The notes beneath the pieces were generated by a model. That model had not been told where the DNA came from. It saw nothing but the letters and a program-made list of their open reading frames with translations, and made no database searches. A stretch of 63,379 nucleotides of DNA, counting the filler. It is 9 parts of 9 records of this genome, joined end to end, with 100 filler letters (N's around TTAATTAATTAA, not from the genome) between each part and the next. Parts side by side here need not be neighbours in the genome. Positions count along the whole stretch, not along the records: positions 26,977 to 33,909 come from SRR31147125_26454; positions 34,010 to 39,161 come from SRR31147125_26476; positions 39,262 to 44,437 come from SRR31147125_26518; positions 44,538 to 51,393 come from SRR31147125_26530; 5 more parts are not named here. One strand, given 5' to 3'. The position numbers were made by a program, and so were the translations under genes. This document shows, piece by piece, positions 33,451 to 45,595 of this stretch (positions are counted from its first letter, which is position 1; every line of letters starts with the position of its first letter).

Positions 33451-33668
33451 CAGGATCCCTTTCGGAGTGATTGATCACGTGACTTGCATCCTCTTGATCG
33501 TGCTTCCAGGATGAGGTTGTTCTAAGGAAATTTCTTTCCTGATGTTCCCCTGTAGATTATGCCGTTTTGCCGCTTGTGTCCAGAGAAGGAGAAGCGCAAA
33601 AGAAATTGACTTTGGCACCTTTCTATGATTTTCTAGAGCGCTGTTTGAGCTTCGTTTGGAACCGGTTA

Positions 33669-33909
33669 ATGCTGTTAAATGATTACGATTTTACTCTTCC
33701 TGAAAGATTGATTGCGCAGACCCCGGCAGAGAGGCGAGATGCTTCCCGACTGATGTGTCTCGAGCGTTCTTCTGGAACTATTTCTTCAGGTGTTTTTCCC
33801 GAAATCGTAGATCGCTTTCGTTCCGGCGATGTCCTTGTCTATAACGACACAAGGGTTATCCCGGCGCGACTTCTCGGCCGCAAGTTAACCGGTGGAAAGG
33901 TCGAAATTT
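33669..33909 (+). CDS. queA: SAM:tRNA ribosyltransferase-isomerase (3' truncated)
   Basis: DYDFTLPERLIAQTP..RDASRL, NDTRVIPARL. Confidence 0.93.
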
Positions 33910-34486
33910 NNNNNNNNNNNNNNNNNNNNNNNNNNNNNNNNNNNNNNNNNNNNTTAATTAATTAANNNNNNNNNNNNNNNNNNNNNNNNNNNNNNNNNNN
34001 NNNNNNNNNGTGGCAGACGGGTCTGCCATGGCCGTTTATATGAAAAAACTCCCGCTCATTGGTTCGAGGATTTTTATTCACCATAAGTGCTGCACGTGTG
34101 ATGCATTTTGCTTGATTTGGGGATTGATTTCTGATTAGAGTGTTTGAGAATCAAGTCTCACACACGGTAGAAAACAATGTTAACATTAGAAAAACTGAAA
34201 TTAATGAATAAAAAAATCTAGAGATTAATACCCCTCATTAATGGGAAAAGTCAAGGAATCGGTATGGATGTTTTAGTTTCCGCTCTGTTTTTAAAGAAGA
34301 GTCATAATCCGTGAGGCAATTATGAATTACAAGGCGCTAAACGTCTACGGCGACACTTGTTTTCTTACTCATTTTAAATGACATGCACAAGTCAAAACAC
34401 TCTGTCGTTAACGGGCGACGGGTTACCGTATCTTAAATGGGAAAGATATTTCGTTCTCATTCCTTAATTCCGGGGGCGTATTTTCA

Positions 34487-37400
34487 ATGAAAAGGCAGTC
34501 AATATCTGAATTATTCCGAATCCTGCTTTACTTTTTCTCCATTTCAGTCGCATTGCTATCCACTTCCGTTGCATCGCCATCCTTTACAAAAGAAGAGAAA
34601 GAATGGCTGGCTGACCCTGAACACCGCGTGATACGCTATGCCGTTCCTTCCAAGTATGTACCCATTTCATTTACGGAAAACGGACATGTCAGCGGTATTG
34701 CAGGGGAATATATCCGGATTCTTCAAAACGAGTTAAACCTCGATTTTCAGTTAATGGACATTCCCTTTTCAAAAGCGCTGGCCTTGGCGCGCGCCAAAGA
34801 TATCGACTTGTTGGCATGTATCTCTCTCACATCCGAACGCTCTGAATTTCTGACCTTTACCGAGACGCCCTATTTGGAACTTCCCATTGTCCTGGTGACC
34901 AATGAAGCGAACGACCGTATTCAAAACACGGAGCATATTGACGGACATCGCGTATGTGTCGATCCCAATCTTGCCGCCTATAGTAAACTGACAAATGAAT
35001 ACAAGCATCTCGACATCGAATTTATTTTTCAAAAGACCACACCGGAAGTGATTCGAGCCGTTCATTTGGGCTATGCCGATGTCTGCTTCGCCTCGTCTGC
35101 CGTGGCCGGTCACCTGATTTCTCAAAATGGCTGGACCAACCTGAAAATTGCAGGGGAAACTGACTGGCCGGACACATTGCTTCGTATGGCGGTCAGAAAT
35201 GATTGGCCGATTTTCGCACAAATACTAAACAAAGTGACAACATCGTTAAATCGTGAAACCAAAGAGGAAATTATTAATCAATGGGTACCGGTGCGGTTCG
35301 AGCATGGCTTGCAGCAACAGGTGATTACCAATGTGATTTTGCCTCTGGTCTGCGTAAGCGTTTTAATCATTCTCATTGTTCTGACTTTTCTACTTGTTTT
35401 GGTCAAAAAAAATCGAAATATCCAGACCATCACCAATGAAGTCAAACAGAGTGAAGAGCGTCTGCGATTCTCTCTGGCTGCCATGGAAGCCTATTACTGG
35501 GTGCATGATTTACCCACCGGGACAATCGTTTACGACTCTCCGCAATTTTTTAAACAGTACGGCTACAGTGAAGATGACATCCCCGTCGACAAAGAAGATT
35601 ACCTGCCCATGATACACCCCGACGACCTGTCACACTTCAGGGCATCCTTTCAGGACCATATTGAAGGGAAATCTCCGATTTATCAGGTTGAATGTCGTAT
35701 TCGCAAAAAGGATGGTTCCTGGGCCTGGATCCTCAATGTGGGCAGGGCTGTGGCGTACGATCAAGAGCAGCATGTCACCCAGGTCGCAGGGCTCAGTCTG
35801 GATATTGAAGAGCGAAAATCCATGGAACACGACTTGCAGAGCAGACTCAATGAACTGGATGAAACCCAATCCGCCATGCTCAAAATGGTGGAAGACCTTG
35901 AGAAAGAAAAGGTAAAAGCGGAAGCCGCCACCCGGGCAAAAAGTGACTTTCTGGCCAATATGAGCCATGAAATTCGAACGCCTATGAATGCCATCATCGG
36001 CATGAGTCAACTGGCACTGAAAACAAAATTGGATGACAGGCAGCGTGATTTCATCGAGAAAGTTTATGTATCAGCTAAAGGCCTGTTGGGCATCATCAAT
36101 GACATTCTCGATTTTTCAAAAATCGAGGCCGGTAAGCTTGATATGGAAGTCATTGCATTTAATTTGAATGACGTTTTGGAGAAACTTGCCGGACTCGTCA
36201 GTGCAAAAGCCCGGGGAAAAGGACTTGACTTGATTTTCGATCTTGATCCCCAGGTGCCGTTGGGACTGATCGGCGATCCCCTGCGATTGGGGCAGATTCT
36301 CTTGAATTTAGCCGACAATGCGGTTAAATTCACTGAAAAGGGAGAAATTGAAGTCAGCATCACCCCCGTTAGAACGGCGGATAATGAGGCACACCTTCGA
36401 TTTATCGTCCGGGATACCGGCATCGGTTTGACCGATGAGCAAAAAGAAAATTTGTTTCAATCTTTTCACCAGGCAGACACTTCCACCACCCGAAAATACG
36501 GAGGGACCGGCCTGGGGTTGACCATCAGCAAGAAACTCTGCCAAATGATGGGGGAGAGATCGGTGTGGAGAGTGAGATCGACAACGGATCTATATTTTGG
36601 TTCACCGCCGTATTCGGCCGATCGGATCACCCTTTGGAATTCGGAAACCCCATGGGCTTTCAAAATGGAACCGGAAACCCTATTGTTTTCAATGGGCTGG
36701 ACAGCATCCGGGGCGCTCGGCTGCTTCTGGTGGAAGATAATGAAATCAATCAGCAACTGGCCGTGGAGTTGCTCAATGAAGAGGGATTTTATGTAGAGGT
36801 GGCGGACAACGGACAAATCGGTGTGGAAAAAGTGAAAGCGTCATCCGGTCGAGCCCTCTTTGATGCCGTACTGATGGATTTGCAGATGCCGGTGATGGAC
36901 GGTCGTACCGCTGCCGGAAAGATCCGGAAGCTTGAGGCAATCCCAAAGGATCTTCCCATCATCGCCATGACGGCCGATGCCATGAGCGGTGTTCGGGAAG
37001 AGGTGCTTGAGATCGGCATGAATGACTATGTCTCCAAACCCATTGACCCCATGGAACTGTTCAAGGCTTTGATCAAATGGATCCCACCCGGAGACCGTCT
37101 CCCCCATGACAAGTATACCGAAACCCTAAACCGTAAGGTACATCATGAGGAGATTTCTTGGCTTCCTCCTCTTCCGGGAATCGATACGAAGAAGGGACTT
37201 GCCTGCGTCGGCGGTAACCGGAAGCTCTATCGAAATCTTCTGATCAAGTTCCATAGTGATCAGCAAAAAATGATGTCGGTTTTGAATCGTGCGATTGAGG
37301 AAAAGGATTCGGATCTGGCCATCCGGTTGGTTCACACGGTAAAAGGGCTTTCCGGTACCATGGGGGCGACTCAACTGCAGACCGTTTCTTCTCAATTGGA

Positions 37401-37764
37401 AACAGCGTTAAATGACTCATTTCATGGGGATCACACCCCATTGATCCAAGAATTTCAAGACGTGTTGAGCCGGATTCTATCTGCCATCGAGCCTATTGGG
37501 GAAGATCAGGTAACCGTGACCTCCGAGGGGCAGGATAAACAAGGAAATAAAGAACAGCTGCTACAATTTTTAAAAAATCTTGAACCCCATGTAAATAAAA
37601 GAAAACCAAAGCCGGCAAAAAACATCCTCAATGAGATGGCGGAATATTCATGGCCGGATGAATATACGACGCAATTGACAGATTTAAAAAAATTAACCGG
37701 TAAATATAGGTATAAAGATGCAAAAGTGATACTGGACGCGCTTTTGATAAAACTAGAAAATTGA
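34487..37764 (+). CDS. Hybrid sensor histidine kinase (periplasmic binding domain, TM, PAS, HisKA, HATPase, REC, Hpt); apparent frameshift near 36552
   Basis: [43 protein letters not shown]; the two ORFs join at the GGGGG run. Confidence 0.88.
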
Positions 37765-37901
37765 TAAAAAAGTGCCTAACCCGGGCAAGCTGGATAAGTT
37801 CCTTAACAAAATAATTTCTTGCCAAAAAAATGCCAAAATTATTTCTAAGGTACTGAAGTCATGATCGACAAACTCACTCAAGAGAAAAGGAAATCAATTT
37901 T

Positions 37902-38291
37902 ATGAAAAATCTTTCGGACTGTATGATCCTTGTGGTGGATGATACCGAAGCCAACGTGGACATACTTGTTGAAGCGCTGGGAGATGAATATGAAGTCATG
38001 GTTGCCATGGATGGAGAGGAAACCCTGGAAGTCATTGAAGAAGAGCGTCCCGATCTGATTCTTCTGGATGTCATGATGCCCGGCATGGATGGATTTGAGG
38101 TGTGCGAACAGATGAAATCCAATTCCGCCACTGCGGATATCCCCATTATCTTTTTAACCGGAAAAACAGACTCGGAAGATAAGGAAAGAGGAATGAAACT
38201 GGGTGCGATTGACTATATTATGAAACCTTTAGATCTTCCGGATGTTCAACTGCGGGTAAAGATGCATTTGGAACAACTCTATTTGAAATAA
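37902..38291 (+). CDS. Single-domain response regulator
   Basis: ILVVDD, LLDVMMP, FLTG, DYIMKP. Confidence 0.9.
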   Translation: MKNLSDCMILVVDDTEANVDILVEALGDEYEVMVAMDGEETLEVIEEERPDLILLDVMMPGMDGFEVCEQMKSNSATADIPIIFLTGKTDSEDKERGMKLGAIDYIMKPLDLPDVQLRVKMHLEQLYLK

Positions 38292-38345
38292 GGAGATATC
38301 AGGCGGTCTGATACAATAGAACAGACCCCTGTTAAGGAGGAAACC

Positions 38346-39161
38346 GTGGTAGATCTGACGGACTTTAAAGTCATGGTAGTAGATGATACCGAGGCCAACA
38401 TCGATATTCTGGTGGAGACACTGGGATCGGACTATGATCTTCGAGTGGCCATGGATGGAGAATCGGCTCTGGAAGATATTGCCGATGAAAAACCGGATCT
38501 GATCCTTTTGGATATCATGATGCCCGGCATGGACGGATACCAGGTGTGCGAGCATCTAAAAAACGATCCCGAGACTCAAAGTATTCCCATCATCTTTTTG
38601 ACGGCCATGACCGAAGAGCAGGATGAAGCAAAAGGACTGGCACTGGGAGCAGTGGATTACGTTACCAAGCCGTTCAGTCCGGAATTGGTGAAATCAAGGG
38701 TTAAAAATCAGCTGGAGCTGAAATGTCATCAGGATCATTTGGCCCAACTGGTAGAAGACCGAACCCGGGAGCTGGCGTTGACCCAGGAAGTGACCATCTA
38801 CAGTTTGGCAAGCTTGGCTGAAACCCGAGATCCGGAGACCGGCGGTCACATTCTCAGAACTCAGCGGTATGTCAAAGTCCTTGCCCAAAAGTTATCGACG
38901 ATTGATGCGTTTCAGGATATTCTTGATCCCAAAACCATTCATTTTATGTATATATCGGCGCCCCTTCACGATATCGGAAAAGTCGGCATTGAAGATCATA
39001 TTCTTTTAAAAGCAGGTAAACTGACGGATGAAGAGTTTGAAGTGATGAAAAGACACACGACCTATGGACGGGACACGCTGCGGGTGGCTGAAGAGAAACT
39101 GGGGGAGAGTTCATTTATGCAGTATGCCCGCGAAATCGCCTATACCCACCATGAAAAATGG
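38346..39161 (+). CDS. REC plus HD-GYP c-di-GMP phosphodiesterase (RpfG-like), 3' truncated
   Basis: REC domain; ETRDPETGGH, PLHDIGK, HHEKW. Confidence 0.9.
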
Positions 39162-39261
39162 NNNNNNNNNNNNNNNNNNNNNNNNNNNNNNNNNNNNNNN
39201 NNNNNTTAATTAATTAANNNNNNNNNNNNNNNNNNNNNNNNNNNNNNNNNNNNNNNNNNNN

Positions 39262-41039
39262 GTCCCATCGGCGTCACCGGTCCCATCGGCGATACTGGTC
39301 CCACCGGGCCAGCCGGGAGCGGCGGACTGACAAATCTTGTGGATGGCAATGTCACCGGCGCTGTCCGGGGCATCAACACACTAAGCGGCTATACAATGGG
39401 CCAGAACGCGGTAGCGACGGGCTTTGATACAACAGCCAGCGGTTATTCCTCCCACGCAGAGGGACGGGAAACGACAGCCAGTGGTTTGTATGCTCATACG
39501 GAAGGCCTCAACACAGCGGCCGGCGATTACGCCCACGCGGAAGGAGCCTCGACAGCAGCCAGTGGTTCCTATTCTCATGCGGAAGGACATGGGTCAATAG
39601 CCAGCGGCAGCATCTCTCATGCGGAGGGCCTCGCGACAACTGCTGAAGGAGCCAGGTCACACGCGGAAGGTCATCTGACGATGGCGTCCGGCGAATCCGC
39701 GCATGCCGAGGGCGATCAAACCACGGCCATAGGAATATACGCCCATGCTGAAGGCTCCAGAACAACGGCTAATGGTTATTATTCGCATGCAGAGGGCACT
39801 TCCTCCGTTACCACCGGAGCCGCCTCCCACGCAGAAGGCAGCGAAACAACAGCCAGCGGTTCCTATTCTCATGCAGAAGGCAGACAAACATTTGCAGGCG
39901 GCGGCGCCCATGCTGAAGGCGTCGGCACATCGGCTAACGGCGAATATTCCCACGCTGAAGGCGGGAACACAACAGCCAATAGCTCATACGCTCATGCAGA
40001 AGGTTCTCAATCTACTGCGGACGCTGCTGCTGCGCATGCGGAAGGTAGAAGCACAATAGCTAGCGGAGAAGGCTCTCATGCAGAAGGCTATGAAACAACA
40101 GCAAGCGGCACAGATTCCCATGCGGAAGGTCGTTTTTCAGTCGCCAGCGCACTTTTTTCTCACGCGGAAGGACATGAGACCAACGCCAGCGGTACAGACT
40201 CACACGCCGAGGGTGATCGTACTAATGCCACGGGCGATAGCTCACACGCGGAAGGCGAATTCACCACCGCAAGCGGCAGCTCTTCCCACGCAGAAGGCAA
40301 CTCAACGGTTGCCAGCGGCAATTATGCCCACGCTGAAGGCAATCAGACTAGGACAAATTCTTTTTCCGGTGCGCATATCATAGGAAAATATGGTGATGCC
40401 GACACCGCATATTCCTGGTTTCTCGCCAACGGAACGGGTTATTTCGCCAGAGGACTTGCGGCTAAAATACTCGGCACGGGAGAGGCGTATATTGACGGCA
40501 CCTGGCACAACGGCGGGGCTGACTACGCCGAACTGTTTGAAACCTCGAACGGCCGCGAGATCGAGCCGGGCTTTTTCGTCACGTTTGACGGCGACAGTGA
40601 TAAAATACGACTTGCCGGCGCCTCAGACGACTATATCCTCGGTGTGGCAAGCGCGACCCCCAGCGTGCTGGCCGGCGGCGGCGAGCTGCGCTGGACAGAC
40701 AAATACCTCACCGACGAGTGGGGCCGTATCCGTTACCATGATGTTGCCATGCCGGCCGAAATGGACGACGAGGGTCATACGCTCGTCCCTGAGCACACGG
40801 AGACCCAGCCTATGCTCAACCCCGAGTGGGACGCCTCGCAGCCATATGCGCCGCGCTCGAGCCGGCCTGAATGGACAGCCGTTGGACTATTGGGCGTGCT
40901 CTTAGTCCGGGACGACGGCACATGCCGGCCGGGCGGTTACTGCCGGGCAACGGACGGCGGAGGCGCCTCGGCGGCCGATACCGGTTATAGAGTTCTCAAA
41001 CGGACGGGTGATCATCAAATAAAGATCCTGTTCCGCTGA
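39262..41039 (+). CDS. Collagen-like, HAEG-repeat fibre protein with C-terminal peptidase G2 intramolecular chaperone domain (5' truncated)
   Basis: The frame is open from the contig start with G-X-Y triplets (PIGVTGPIGDTGPTGPAG); 22 repeats of ~14 aa containing [SA]H[AT]EG; GADYAELFE and PEWTAVGLLG..VRDDGTC. Confidence 0.85.
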
Positions 41040-41225
41040 ATACAAACCTGCCCCCGCCCCACTTTGCACACTGCCGTTAAACGACCAGGTCGAAGGCGCG
41101 GGGCGGGGGTACTAAATGTCGGCTGCACTAGTCCCCTGCTTCCGGGTTAACCGGCTTTTAAGGCGTTGCCCGGTCGCCGCCGCTGTGATACAATAGCCCA
41201 TCATAGAGAAAGCTGGTACTTTAAA

Positions 41226-42431
41226 ATGACATTCAAGCAGATAACGCTGGCGCTCGGCACGCTCACGGTTTTCCGGTCAGCTGCCCAATCGCCTGTTTTA
41301 AAATCCTTTCGGGCACTGTGCCGGGCGATCGACCAGGAGCAGCCGGAGCAGGCGGCCGAGCATTACGCCTCGGTTTACTCTCTTTTAAGCGAAGCACGCT
41401 CACCCGGCCTTGGCGATTACCTGCTCGACCATTTGCGATATAACGAATCCGACTATGCCGAGGCGCTTTTAAAAGGCTTAACCGGCCCCGATACCGACGC
41501 GGCGGCCCTTCGTGATATCAGCATTTTATCGGATGCATCAGCGCTGGGCTGCGCGGAAATTAAGCGTGAACTGAAAAGCCTGTCGTCAGGCCAATTTGAC
41601 GCGCTCATTGAATCCCTGCCGGAATGGAATGCCGGTCCGGACCTCAGCTTGGATAAACTTAAGGTTTTTTACCGGGACAACGGCTGCGGCGCATTGGCCA
41701 GATACCGGGCGTTTTTATGGTCCAACCGTCAGCTGACGCCGGTTGAGTCGCCGGATACACTGTATTACGAGCGGATGGTCGGGTATGACTGGCAGCGCCG
41801 CGCCGTATTGGACAACACAAAAGCGCTGCTTGATGGCAGCGCTGTCAATAATATGCTGTTATACGGCGACAGCGGGACGGGCAAGTCCGCCACCGTCAAG
41901 TCCATGCTCGGGATTACAGGGTTTGAAAAGCTAACGCTCATCGAGGTCTCCAAGCAGTCTCTGGACGAGCTGCCGTCGCTTATCAGCGACCTGGCCTGGC
42001 GTCCGCGTAAATTCATCCTCTTCATAGATGACCTCAGCTTTGAGACGCCTGACGCGGGCTACTCGATGCTCAAGGTTATCCTGGAGGGCGGACTCGTCCG
42101 CCGGCCGGCCAATGTGATGATCTGTGCCACCTCCAACCGCCGGCAGCTGACAAGGCGGCATTTTTCGGATCAAAACGATATGAACGATACGGAAACAGTT
42201 GAGGAGAAAACGTCCCTGGCCGACCGTTTTGGCCTGCGCATCCCGTTCTTCTCGCTCAGCCGGGCCGATTATCTCGATACGGCCGAGGCGCTGGCGCGGC
42301 AGGCCGGCGTTACCTCAGACCGGTACGAGCTGCGGAAGCAGGCGATCCAATGGGAGATGTCACACGGGTCCAGAACGCCGAGAACGGCCCGTCAGTTTGC
42401 CGAGCACCTGGCCGCCGGCCTGCTTCCTTAA
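41226..42431 (+). CDS. DUF815-family AAA+ ATPase
   Basis: GDSGTGKS, FILFIDDLSF, ATSNRR, SLADRFGL. Confidence 0.88.
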   Translation: MTFKQITLALGTLTVFRSAAQSPVLKSFRALCRAIDQEQPEQAAEHYASVYSLLSEARSPGLGDYLLDHLRYNESDYAEALLKGLTGPDTDAAALRDISILSDASALGCAEIKRELKSLSSGQFDALIESLPEWNAGPDLSLDKLKVFYRDNGCGALARYRAFLWSNRQLTPVESPDTLYYERMVGYDWQRRAVLDNTKALLDGSAVNNMLLYGDSGTGKSATVKSMLGITGFEKLTLIEVSKQSLDELPSLISDLAWRPRKFILFIDDLSFETPDAGYSMLKVILEGGLVRRPANVMICATSNRRQLTRRHFSDQNDMNDTETVEEKTSLADRFGLRIPFFSLSRADYLDTAEALARQAGVTSDRYELRKQAIQWEMSHGSRTPRTARQFAEHLAAGLLP

Positions 42432-42445
42432 GGCTTTACCAGACG

Positions 42446-43348
42446 TCATTTAGTAAGCCTGCCCGCCCCAAACCCAATGCTCGACAGACGCGGCACAAGC
42501 ATACCGGTTTGTTCCCTGTAGGCAGCGTATTCCGGCTTACTGTTCAGCTGACGCCGTTCCAGCATCGGAATGCTGACGAATAGGAACATCAGGGTGTTGA
42601 CCACCGGCCCGGCGATAAATAAAAGTCGTGACGGCCCGGAAAACACCATCATCAGATAGACGCCCCACCACATAAGGATCTCACCGAGATAGTTGGGATG
42701 GCGGGAATACTTCCACACGCCGGCGCGGTTGACGCGTCCGGCGTTTTCCGGGTCATTGCGAAAAATGCGCATCTGCCGGTCAGCCGTGTATTGCAGCGGT
42801 ACCGCTCCAAGGCATACAAACGCTCCGGCAGCAATACCGGCATTGAGCGCCGCGCCGCTTTGCACGAACGCGACAGCCGGAAGTAAAACCAGGAAGACCA
42901 CAAGTGTCGGAAACAGGTGGATTCCAAGCAGATTAATCGCAAACCAAAGTCTCGGGTGCGCTGTTTTGAGCCCGGTATAACGCCAATCCTGAACGCGGAG
43001 GCTTTTAAACGTCGTCGTCCAGTGCGCCGTCAACCGTATACCCCAGAAAAGCACGACCGCCGAGATGAGAAAGAATCCAGCCGTAAGCTGTCCCAGATAG
43101 AAGCCTGTTAACAGTACAATGACGATGGGCGCAACGCTCCAATACGGATCATAGATCGTCGCGTTGCCGAAAAGAACGCTCATCAGCCAGACAAACACTG
43201 TGGCAGCGACATCCGATGTAAGCAAACGTATATAGATACCGTAGCCGTCCATATACCGAAAAACAAGCAGCCCTAAGGAGGCTGCAAGTATGTAAATAAC
43301 TAAAATCACGATCAGCCCAAGCTCTCGGGAGGTATAGATGCGGCGCAT
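42446..43348 (-). CDS. DUF1295 membrane protein (steroid 5-alpha-reductase-like)
   Basis: YDPYWS, QDWRY, SRHPNYLGE. Confidence 0.85.
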   Translation of the reverse strand: MRRIYTSRELGLIVILVIYILAASLGLLVFRYMDGYGIYIRLLTSDVAATVFVWLMSVLFGNATIYDPYWSVAPIVIVLLTGFYLGQLTAGFFLISAVVLFWGIRLTAHWTTTFKSLRVQDWRYTGLKTAHPRLWFAINLLGIHLFPTLVVFLVLLPAVAFVQSGAALNAGIAAGAFVCLGAVPLQYTADRQMRIFRNDPENAGRVNRAGVWKYSRHPNYLGEILMWWGVYLMMVFSGPSRLLFIAGPVVNTLMFLFVSIPMLERRQLNSKPEYAAYREQTGMLVPRLSSIGFGAGRLTK

Positions 43349-43394
43349 ACCGTCACCCTTTCTTTTATAATACCTAGTTTGATGCAACGAACTG

Positions 43395-44149
43395 TTAGGC
43401 GCGCGGCTTTTCATCGTCGAGATGATAACGCGGCTTGCCCTTTGCGTTGTTTTTGTACTCGATGGCCTCCGTCGGACACAGGCAGATGCAGGCCATGCAG
43501 TGCGTACAGCTGCCGCCCCATATCGGCCGGCCTTCTTCCAGACAGATATTATTGAGCGGACAGACCTCGGCGCATTTGCCGCATGAAATACATTTATCGG
43601 TGGAATAAAAGCCCTTGTCGTTTACCATGAACTTATAGTAAAGCGTATTGACGGGCCCGCTGATAAGACGGCCGGTTTTTTTCCAGCCGGCAGCGGCTTC
43701 CCCTCTTTAATCATCTGTGCTGCTTCGAGAATCCGCGGACCGGCTTCCTTAATAATCGCGTCGGCTTCCTTCTGGTCCGGCACCTTGAACATGGCAATGT
43801 AATTTTCAGGCATAACAATACCGGCAAGCCCCATGAAGTAGAGCCTCTTTTCGTGGCACAACCTATCGGCAAACCGCACGGCGTTACCCGTACTCGTGCC
43901 GCAGGTCAGGATGAAATAGGCCTGGCGGCTGCCGGCAAGACGTGCGTCCTGTATAAAGCGTTCGACAATTCTCGGGACGCGCCAGGCATACGTCGGGCAA
44001 ACAAAGACGTAAGGCTTATCCGATTTCAGCACAGCCGGCTGTCCGCTTTTAATCAGCTCGTTCATAGAAATGACGTCGTCGCCGATTTTCTCACCGATGA
44101 CCTTGGCGACATAGCGGCTGTTGCCCGTGCCGCTGAAGTATAAAACCAT
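43395..44149 (-). CDS. EFR1-family flavodoxin-ferredoxin (apparent frameshift around 43630-43680)
   Basis: YFSGTGNS and MPENY, then CISCGKCAEVCP and CTHCMACICLCP in the adjacent ORF. Confidence 0.85.
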
Positions 44150-44315
44150 TTGACTGGGCCTCCTTACAGGCGCGTTTCTTTCTATTATAATCGATCAGGG
44201 AGCGTTTTTAAAGCATATAGGACAGATTTTTCCCTGCTTTATCCATAAGACGAGGCTAACTGACAAAGATGATTTCAGTCTGCAGCGGCCTTAGAAAACC
44301 GGCTAATAAAATCAT

Positions 44316-44340
44316 AACCGGACTGCTAAGCAGTCCGGTT
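44316..44340 (-). terminator. Hairpin terminator after rpsU
   Basis: AACCGGACTGCT-A-AGCAGTCCGGTT inverted repeat. Confidence 0.75.
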
Positions 44341-44347
44341 GTTGTTA

Positions 44348-44437
44348 TTAATAGAACTTTTTCTTATTGCTGTTCTTTCTGGCCGCTTCAGACTTCTTGC
44401 GGCGCTTGACGCTGGGGCTCTGGTAATACTCTTTTTT
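44348..44437 (-). CDS. rpsU: 30S ribosomal protein S21, C-terminal part
   Basis: KKEYYQSPSVKRRKKSEAARKN..KKF*. Confidence 0.88.
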   Translation of the reverse strand, partial: KKEYYQSPSVKRRKKSEAARKNSNKKKFY

Positions 44438-44537
44438 NNNNNNNNNNNNNNNNNNNNNNNNNNNNNNNNNNNNNNNNNNNNTTAATTAATTAANNNNNNN
44501 NNNNNNNNNNNNNNNNNNNNNNNNNNNNNNNNNNNNN

Positions 44538-45228
44538 AAGTAAATTCTACAAAAGACAAGTTTTTCTCGATTATTGCCCACGACCTGCGAAGCCCGTTTA
44601 ACGCAATTATGAACTTCAGCAGCGAGCTATTCCAAAGTTACGACGAATATGACTATACGGAGCAAAAAGAAATGATTCGCCTGATTGCAAACAGTTCCGA
44701 ATCAACTTTTTTCTTTTAGAGAACCTGCTAAACTGGGCGCGCTCGCAGAGTAAAACAATTAAATTAAATCCACAAATACAGGAACTGCACTCCTTGGTTG
44801 AAGAAAGCATTTTAGCCTATCTGGGTGGTTCCGAAGCAAAAAAGATAAATGTAAGTGCTTCTATTCCAAAGCAAATAAAAATTAATGCCGACAAGGAAAC
44901 CGTAAAAGTTGTAATTGGGAACCTGTTCAACAATGCCATAAAATTTACTCCTGAAAATGGAACGATTTCGCTAACTGCCGAGGCTGATTATAAAGTGGTG
45001 AAAATTTGTATTGCTGATAATGGTGTTGGAATGAGCCAAAAAATTGTTGATGAACTTTTCAACCTTGATTCGGATACACAGCGTCCGGGCACTGCAAAAG
45101 AAAAAGGAACCGGACTAGGATTAGTGCTTTGCCGAGAATTTATTGAGCTAAACAACGGAAAAATTTGGGTAGAAAGCGAAGAAGGAAAAGGTAGTAGGTT
45201 CTACTTTTCGTTGCCGGTTAGTACGTAA
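44538..45228 (+). CDS. Sensor histidine kinase C-terminus (5' truncated, apparent frameshifts)
   Basis: KDKFFSIIAHDLRSPF; NLFNNAIKFT, DNGVG, GTGLGL. Confidence 0.85.
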
Positions 45229-45595
45229 AAAAGCCCTCCTAAAACAGGAAAGGCTTAAAATATATCTTGTTCTCAATCTTTCGTACTATCATCTTTACCA
45301 ATACTCTACTTAGCTTAATCTTAACTATGAGTCAAAAGAGCAAATAATATTTTGGAATGATTGAGATTAATTATAATCATAACAAACGGACTCCTTTTTC
45401 TTTTGATATAAGCATAACAGATAGGGATATGCTACACTTACAACCATGCGGAATCGATATCGATTAATTGCGAAAACCAACTAAAAACCCGGAAACAATA
45501 AATGTAACCGGGCCTGATCTTTCAGAAACGAAGTCGAATTCCTTTCCTAAAATTCAAAGTTTACGAAAACTTAAAAATCTTTGTACTCAATAGTG

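Noticed and set aside
34010-34260. Possible transposase start and IS end on the minus strand
   Set aside because: Only about 25 codons are visible and there is no diagnostic motif.
39440-40345. 42-nt periodic DNA repeats resembling an array
   Set aside because: They are degenerate at third codon positions and encode the HAEG protein repeats.
18915-44437. Numerous short antisense or overlapping ORFs in the GC-richer fragments (e.g. 22411-23169, 28114-28536, 40390-40905)
   Set aside because: Shadow frames of well-supported genes, with no motifs or RBS support.
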